NCBI GenBank assembly: GCA_002269645.1 | Contig: NIVC01001744.1 | Coordinates: 1 to 64,000 of the forward strand | Direction of reading: 5' to 3' | Length of the DNA: 64,000 bases | Source of the DNA: Macrostomum lignano | Lineage: Eukaryota | Part shown: positions 58,150 to 64,000 of the stretch, piece by piece | How positions within the stretch are numbered: the stretch's first letter is position 1 | Layout: the number at the start of each line of letters is the position of its first letter | Notes under the pieces: generated by a model | The model's database searches: none | The model's input: the letters and a program-made list of their open reading frames with translations, nothing else | Told to the model about the DNA's origin: nothing | Position numbers and translations under genes: made by a program

Positions 58150-58964
58150 TGTACACTTTCTGCAATAAGGAAATCCCGAGAATAATTGATTGAGCTGGGT
58201 AATTGATTTCTCTGCCCAAATATCGACTAATTTGCCCGAAAGTTCCTATAATTGACTACACTTCCCCAGCCTCAGTTTCATATTTTCGCCTGCAGCTGTC
58301 GCATTAATATAGCTAGCTACATTGTGCTTTATAAAGGATGAACAAACGTAGAATTTGGTTGAAAGTTGCACATGGTTAGCACACGCACGATTTTATTTTA
58401 GCATGCAAGGAAATAAAAGAAAATAAATAATAATCGAATCGATAAGCAAAGGGTGAGCAAAGCAGTTAACACACATGAGTAAACAACTGAATAGAGCAAA
58501 TAAATGAAATGTGTTGCATAGCTGGCGACGGTCTATGGTGCTGGCGACCTCAAACGCGTGCGGGTGGCGTGTGCTGCGGCAACCAGGTACTGTAGCGATG
58601 AGCTATCAGGGGAATAGACTCGGTTGAAAAGTATAGCTTCGGGTGACTTGGGGGGGGGGGCGTCTGGGATTTGGGAGCGGGGCCCGGGGGGAACCGCGAT
58701 GACAGGGGTTTGGAAGTAAAGCCGTAGGGTCTGTGCATCTGTCCAAATTGGTTGTCAAGAAAGTTCGCTCAAATAGTTTTTCAATAAGCTATCACACCCG
58801 TGGTCTCGAAGGCCATGATCTGTCCTTAACCACCGTCGCCAAGCAACCATTAACGTCATCCGCCAGCTACGTTTTGTTGGATGGGTTAAGATGGAGAGTG
58901 GTAGGCCATTTTATCTCTTTTCACAATAGAGGTGAAAAGCCAGCGGGCACAGATTGGCATACTT

Positions 58965-61782
58965 TTACGATGATGCAGACTGAATACAGGGCAGAATAGC
59001 CAGCTGCCGACGAGTGACAGCGCAATGAGCCGTAATGGCAGTGGCAGCAATGAGCACGACTTCCCCTTCACCCTCTGCATCAAATGGGTTCACATCGGCA
59101 TGGAAGTCACGAATATGTCCAACAGTGCAGCCCTGATGTTCAGCGTCGTACTTCTGCGATGGGTCACAGTCAGCAAGTGCAACTGTCGGAAGGACCTTGA
59201 GCGTCAGAATAATTTCGTCGTTCTGTAGGCTGATGCATTCAACTCGACCGTAGGCATTGCCACCGTTAACTGGGTGTTTGAATTGCAAGAATGCATTTGA
59301 TGGCCGGATTCTACGATCCCTACGGAAGCATTGGACTTGCAAGCGCCCCATTGAAGTTGGAATGATAGCTTTAACCAGTTTGGCAGGGTTCGCACCGGAA
59401 AATTCAATTCCTGCCGCAGTCTTCCGTACCGGGCGCCGTTGCGCTTCACGGATTTGCAGCCTCATCTCTGCAGGTAGTGTCTCTTTCAGCTGCAGCATGC
59501 CTAGTCGCCGACTGATTCTGTTTCGAATTTCTACGTCCATTTTTTGGCATCCATGAATCATCGATCGCAGCCTCTGGTGGCATGTTTCGTAAATTCCTGC
59601 GCTCAGATCCCCCAGTGGCCCGAAGTTGATCACAGCGGCAACTAGATGGTGGAAAACTTGATGAGAGTTGTACGTGAGAAACGACTCGCCGAAGTGACGC
59701 TTGAACAGATCCTGTGCAACACTTAGGGAATGTTGCGCGCGTTCCACTTCCATCTGTGGAGCTCCAGGCAGTGTGAGCCAATAACAGGCACTGGAGAGCA
59801 TCACGACGGCGTCGTACAGAATGTCGTCAACATAGAGACGAAGAACCAGTGGTCCAAGAACTAACAGCCAGACTTGGTACTCGTGACCCCTGAAATGCTT
59901 AAGGTCACACAGCGAACGCGCCGGGGTGCGTTGGACCGCAGCACTCGGCAGCACGACGGCTTTGACAGCAACGTCTACCTCTGTGAGGATGTGGTGCAAA
60001 TTTGGGCTGTCAAAGCGCTGCAACTTAGGGCGCTCTTTGTCTGTTGATGGCAGGAACAGCACGCGCATGAGCCAGCGCTGCAGACCCAGATAAAGCGCGT
60101 GCAACGAACAGGGCGGGGTTTGTACAATAAAATCTAAGCCTCGTAATTGGCTCAAGCAAGATAATCCCTTCCCTAAACTGCTGCAGCTTTAAAGCATCCG
60201 CACGCTGAGGGGCGTCCATCAGAAACTTCAATGGGTGCATATACATACGTTGCTCAATTCCCTCGCGTACCACAATGAAGCCAACTTCTGCAATCGAATT
60301 CAGTGCATCAATTACCTTTGGCAGGAACAAATTGCAATTGGCCTTTTTGCCGTTGCCGTACCACAGCCCCACAAGTACTGAATTGGTAAGCTGCAAGTCA
60401 CGTGGCATTTCATTTATGGTGAGATACACAGGTGTGATGCTGAAGGGACTAGTTGAAAACAATGGGAACGCATCCATAGACAGAGAATACGTCAGGTCAG
60501 TCTTACGCTCCAGACGCTCTCTGCCAAATCGATCAATCAGTGAACGGTACATGGTACTGTTCGCCATCGAACTATGGGAGCCATCGGCAGTGCAGTCAAT
60601 GGGGAACGTGATGCACTCATGAACATTAGATTGTAAAACAGCACGCAGTTGTTGCCGAATGTCAAAGACCATGAAGTCAATCTTTGTTGTCGCGTCACAT
60701 GATTGACAGGCTAATCCTTCTTCCAGCTCATTGCTGCACTCACTGCAGTAAATGAACTTCTGGCTGATGCGAGGCCGAGGGAAGTGCCGCCAGAGGTCGT
60801 AGCTGCTCTTAAACGATGTTGTGCCCGGTGGAAGCAGACATTCGCTGGCTCGGAGCCAATCGCTGGTCTCAGCCCGAGACAGTCCCAACCTCGCTGAACA
60901 CTCGGCCAAGATGATAGCGCACTGTAATTTAGTCGATCGGCACTCGGGATACAATGCAGCACCCATCCCAGCGGGCTCGGGATCATCTGCCGGATCATCA
61001 AGTGGCTCCTCGTTTGTCCGTTCTGGCTCTGACATTTCTTCGACAAAGCTGTCTGTGTCTGCAGTCGAAGACTCATCCGAGCCAAAAACTGCAACCATCA
61101 CGTCCTCTGGCTCCAGCTCGCCATCCACATGAGACTCCTGCTGCGGTTGCTCCAACCCATCTAACTCATGATCACGCTCTGGCTCTAACCCATGCTCACG
61201 CTCTGGCTCTAACCCATGCTCACGCTCTGGCTCTAACCCATGCTCACGCTCTGGCTCTAACACATGCTCACGCTCTGGCTCTAACCCATGCTCACGCTCT
61301 GGCTCTAACCCATGCTCACGCTCTGGCTCTAAACCATGCTCACGCTCTGGCTCTAACCCATGCTCACGCTCTGGCTCTAACCCATGCTCACGCTCTGGCT
61401 CTAACCCATGCTCACGCTCTGGCTCTAACCCATGCTCACGCTCTGGCTCTAACCCATGCTCACGCTCTGGCTCTAAACCATGCTCACGCTCTGGCTCTAA
61501 CTCATGCTCACGCTCTGGCTCTAAACCATGAACACGCTCTGGCTCTAACTCATGCTCATCCTCTAACACAGGCCACATAGGTGTTCCACAATTTTGCTTA
61601 TCCTCCATCCTACGGAATTGTTTTCGGGAAGAACCTGCTGCTTCAGAGAATACATTGGAGTCAGGGGCCGCCGAATCACCTTGCTGAGCAGCACCAGAGG
61701 CAGCTTGACTAGCCAATCGACGACGGCGCTGAGTCCAGTAGCTGACTCTCTTGTCAGTTGGAACTGACCGTCCATGAAACAT
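58965..61782 (-). pseudogene. EnSpm/CACTA DDE transposase split in two frames by an apparent internal deletion near 60170
   Basis: ORF 61782-60025 has CxxC..CxxC, SMDAFP and MDAPQRA. ORF 60155-58965 (different frame) has KGLSCL..SLH, TYNSHQVFHHL and FGPL..YE. The usual intervening CxxC segment is missing. Confidence 0.85.
61170..61560 (-). repeat. 24-bp in-frame coding repeat, 16 copies, encoding EPEREHGL in the transposase N-terminus
   Basis: CTCTGGCTC recurs every 24 nt from 61177 to 61537. Confidence 0.95.
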
Positions 61783-64000
61783 TATCTGGCGGTAGTATGT
61801 GACATTTCATACATTAATATAGTGAATAAATCAAACTTGTGTTTCAATATAAAATTATAGCAAATGAATAGTATACATCTAAAGGAAATAATTGGTTGTA
61901 CAATGTTTGCATCTGATGAATTTGTTTATTATATTAAATTATATATTTAGCAACAATTTTTTTGCAAAAAATAAAGAGGAAGCACAACTTGACAATGAAC
62001 ATATAATCAGACAGACAGAAACATGTTAAACTTCTAAACATGTTAAGCCATTACTTTTAGCATTTAAAATACATTAAGAAAAGTATTAAAAATTTCATAA
62101 AGCTAATTTGAATTCATCAATAAATACCAACACTTCGTTGTAAATATCAACATATAGCAAAGAACAAGATTAGGCAAACTAGTATAGCTTTAATTAAAGT
62201 GTCCTAATGTGTCTAAAGTATTTGCAATACAATAAGCAATGCAATACATAATTATTGCATATCTAATAGCAACTTCTCAGCAACACTACATAATAGTAAA
62301 TCCAAATATATAAATACTAATACTAATAATAATAGGCCCCAATTTAATATTAGTAGTAAATTAGTACTAATAATACATATATATGTATATATACCACAAT
62401 TATCATCGATATAGTTTTTCATTTCCATTTCATTTTCACTTTTTAGGTTCAAATTACTTTTTATCTTTTTGCAACACTGAATTATATTCGAGTATCTAAA
62501 CATTTGGGGCCTACACTTTAAATCTACTCTGGTTTATATTTTCAAAATTTAAAAGCATATCAAATACATTAGGTTGACACACATGACATAGAATAAACAG
62601 CTCCAATGATCTATCCCAGTAATGAAATTAAATTACTCTGTCTAGAGGTTATAAGGAACAATCAGCTTTGCAATTATACTTAAATGCAATGTTATATTTG
62701 CATCTTGAGACAAAGCTAACAGACTTAAGATGTATTTTATATGCATAGGGTCTTTAAGTCAGCTTTGCGAATAAGATAATGATGTGAACAATAAATAATG
62801 TATTATATATATATAAAAGTAGACAGTATAGACAAAAATGGTGCTTTTCAGTTTTCATGAATTGTCAAATTACGTATTTCACAACAAAATTATGTATGGA
62901 ATTACACTTTTCAAGTAATCAAAGCTTAATTTAAGTTAGCTATAAAATATTCATTGATCATTCGGATCGCAAATCGCGCGCGCGCGTTAATTATTACTTG
63001 CACGATTAAGTTTTTTTTAAAATTCACCGATCTCAGTAACTGGATGATTATTTGATTTTACCTATTGGAAGGTAAAATGTAATAAACATCTTTATTTACT
63101 TATAACTGTTACAGAACAATAAATTACTTTCATAAAAGCATACCACTAAAACTTTGTTTTTTTACATACGAACAACCCATGGCCTAAGTTGGTGACAAAT
63201 GCGCCAGGTTACTTGGCTCTTCGACCTGGCGCAGTAAGTCAGTTTTTTCCCAGCGGGGCGGAGGACTTTGTGGTTCTTGGAATCGGTTTTGAAAATTAGC
63301 TGACACCAGGGTCATTCTTAAAAAATTGTCAACACGTTAAAACAAAGAAAAGCTTTAGAAAACTTCAAAGTTATCGAGAATGTCAAGGAAAATCAGAAAT
63401 AAAATTAATCTAATGTGTACGTAAGGAAGAAAGACTTGATGTTCACATAAAACTTTATAAAAAGTTGCGAAAATAAGCTTCTGGCGGTAGTTTATCTTTA
63501 TCGAGAAATTACTTTCCAGAGGATTGACTGTTATAGTTTTACACATTATTTAGTCTTTTGAGAGTATATTTATTTGTTACCTCAACTTAGTCGGATGTTT
63601 TTTTGCAGATAACTACCTTATTTATGCGTTTCAGAGTACAAAAAGGGAAGATATTGTGTTGGCTACTGCATTTTTGGCAAAGAAATATTATCAATGAAAT
63701 TTACAACTTTAGATTAGAAGCTTTTATGGACCACTTATGCATGTCCTACTTTCTTCATCGGGAGAAATAATGTAAAGTTTTGGTTTTTAAGACAAGTTTA
63801 GCTTTAGATGTTCACATTTTTGATTGTATCTGGACAGAATCTGCAGAGATTTTTATGAAAATCAAAAAAATTCTTTTTACAGGACAATTTTCCCTCCCAC
63901 AAAATTGTTGCAATCCGAAATTCACTCTGACGAAATAAGTGGATTAAAATACACGAAATTAATGAAAACCACTCCTAACAACCACAAAATCAAGCATTTT

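Larger units (their letters stand above)
55565..63257 (-). mobile_element. CACTA/EnSpm (CMC) DNA transposon, 7.7 kb
   Basis: 14-bp TIR CCCGCTGGGAAAAA / TTTTTCCCAGCGGG, 2-bp TSD GC, subterminal TGCGCCAGG motifs at both ends, EnSpm-type transposase inside. Confidence 0.9.

Overview
Eukaryotic (invertebrate animal) genomic DNA with GT-AG introns; GC-rich exons and satellite-filled introns suggest a Macrostomum-like flatworm, but that is only an inference. Five host genes can be rebuilt by hand. (1) A large minus-strand J-domain protein (6862->2099) with a DUF1598-like region and a C-terminal tip resembling bacterial Rhs/polymorphic-toxin ends. (2) vti1a SNARE (17985-19538, +). (3) A 5'-incomplete GCN5-like GNAT + PARP-like fusion gene (24546-30232, +). 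(4) A Rac/RhoG-like GTPase (37889->35538, -). (5) maelstrom (49196->40428, -). Mobile DNA includes an intact, very young Ty3/Gypsy (7648-12039) and a 7.7-kb CACTA/EnSpm element (55565-63257) with a deleted, frameshifted transposase and an apparently intact BEN-like second gene. Also present are a MULE/foldback element, a hAT MITE, a Tc1-like relic, a tRNA-derived SINE, a Helentron-like repeat and about 15 tandem arrays. Most ORFs in the supplied track are repeat artefacts. The best novelty candidates are the J-domain/toxin-like protein and the GNAT-PARP fusion. All domain calls come from motif recognition, not database searches.
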